Of a DNA stretch of 17,329 bases, positions 16,244 to 17,329 are shown piece by piece. This DNA comes from Promethearchaeota archaeon. Lineage in GTDB: Archaea > Asgardarchaeota > Thorarchaeia > Thorarchaeales > Thorarchaeaceae. Position 1 is the first letter of the stretch. Each line of letters starts with the position of its first letter. A program made the translations under genes and the position numbers. The notes beneath the pieces were generated by a model that did not search any database, was not told where the DNA came from, and saw only the letters and a program-made list of their open reading frames with translations. The stretch spans positions 1 through 17,329 of the forward strand of contig WJMJ01000147.1 in NCBI GenBank assembly GCA_014728035.1. The letters run 5' to 3'.

Positions 16244-16720
16244 GTGGGTAGTCGTATGGTTGATACGTATGTGGACATAACCCAGAGAGAATTCGAGAAA
16301 GCTTTGGATAAATACGAATGGAAGAGGATAGAGCCCTGGGGTGTTGAGGAAGCAGTGTACCGGATTGAGGCGGGGCATGGATTCTCCGTGTGGATTTATT
16401 CAACCATCAGTACAGATACAGGGGTCTCACGAGAGAAAGGAACTGATGCTATCCGTGCACTTCTCAAATATAAAGGGGAGAAAATCGTTGCGAACGCTCC
16501 AAAGACTTTGAGAACAAAGAATTGGAAAAAGAATCTCTATGCGAAGATTGATGAACTCATGGAGATGGTTACTGAGTATAAAGATCCTGATGGGCATCCT
16601 ATGGTTAAGAGAAAGCGAAAGGATGGAAAAGGTATCTTCTATGGTTGTGCACTCTATCCTAAATGTAAGTACATTTACAAGGGAGAGAAACCTCTGGATA
16701 AACTATACACGAAATCCTGA
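16244..16720 (+). CDS. Hypothetical protein with a C-terminal topoisomerase-IA-type zinc-ribbon-like motif
   Basis: G.PMVKR...G..FYGCALYPKCKY resembles zf-C4_Topoisom, but the first CxxC is replaced by DPDGH. The likely start is ATG 16256. Confidence 0.75.
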   Translation: MGSRMVDTYVDITQREFEKALDKYEWKRIEPWGVEEAVYRIEAGHGFSVWIYSTISTDTGVSREKGTDAIRALLKYKGEKIVANAPKTLRTKNWKKNLYAKIDELMEMVTEYKDPDGHPMVKRKRKDGKGIFYGCALYPKCKYIYKGEKPLDKLYTKS

Positions 16721-16980
16721 AACGATTAATAACTCTACAACCTTTTTGATATTTTACTAAGTTTTCACCAAGTTCGTCTTGAAGGACCTTTGAATGATAC
16801 GTGTTTTTGGGATGATAATCTGAGAGTTATTGATATAATTGATAAAACAAGACTTTTCACGGTAATAATTTCAGTACATTGTAACTTTTAAAGATAAAAT
16901 GCAATATTGGCATTGGTAGAGATATTATATAAGCCTTCAAATCTTCGTAACAGTAGCCTCGCGTACGGGTGGAGATTACT

Positions 16981-17329
16981 GTGAATAAGATTCTTGTTTA
17001 TACGCTAATGCTATTTCTGATAACGCCAATTTTTGTTAGTGGTCTGAATACTACTCTCGTCCAAGATGATTCCGTTTCTGTAGAGATGGAATCCAAGGGA
17101 CCCTCAACTGAAGTGCCTGAAATCTCTATGGGTGATTCAGGGTACACGGCAGCCTACTTCACGCAGACCTATTCATCGGAAGATGGATTCTACTATTTGT
17201 GTAAGAGAGGACCCAGCACCATTGCCTATTTCGGTGCTTCTAAGGTCATCTATGTCCTTGAAGGGACTACGATAACACTTGAGTTTCCAGAAAGTCAGGA
17301 GGTCATCCCAGAGGGACTCAACCCAACCG
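16981..17329 (+). CDS. Secreted or cell-surface protein, 5' part only; possibly the N-terminal domain of an SBBP beta-propeller-repeat protein
   Basis: Not in the ORF track. The frame is open from GTG 16981 to the window end: MNKILVYTLMLFLITPIFVSG (signal peptide)...YFTQ...AYFGASKVIY...TLEFPESQEVIPEG. GGTGGAG lies upstream. The family assignment is from memory and tentative. Confidence 0.75.
   Translation, partial: MNKILVYTLMLFLITPIFVSGLNTTLVQDDSVSVEMESKGPSTEVPEISMGDSGYTAAYFTQTYSSEDGFYYLCKRGPSTIAYFGASKVIYVLEGTTITLEFPESQEVIPEGLNPT

Overview
This is an accessory, defence-like region from an archaeon. An Asgard (Thorarchaeota-like) origin is my inference from the protein families and promoter style, not from a search. 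The window holds three HEPN/MNT toxin-antitoxin pairs (one cut by the left edge), a VapBC pair, two unannotated MNT remnants and three paralogous leucine-rich-repeat (LRR) genes. It also holds a large NosD-beta-helix plus 7x Ig-like membrane-anchored surface protein, an orphan 3' fragment of a paralog, a tandem zinc-ribbon protein, a TfoX-N protein, a 7-TM protein and a ~1 kb AT-rich gene-free tract. The main observation is ORF 5368..6300. It has the same N-terminal cap and LRRs as the two upstream LRR genes, but in place of their shared C-terminal domain it carries an in-frame HepT/DUF86-type HEPN RNase with an intact RNxxxHxY motif, which is a candidate LRR-sensor/RNase-effector fusion. No integrase, transposase, CRISPR array, rRNA or tRNA was seen.
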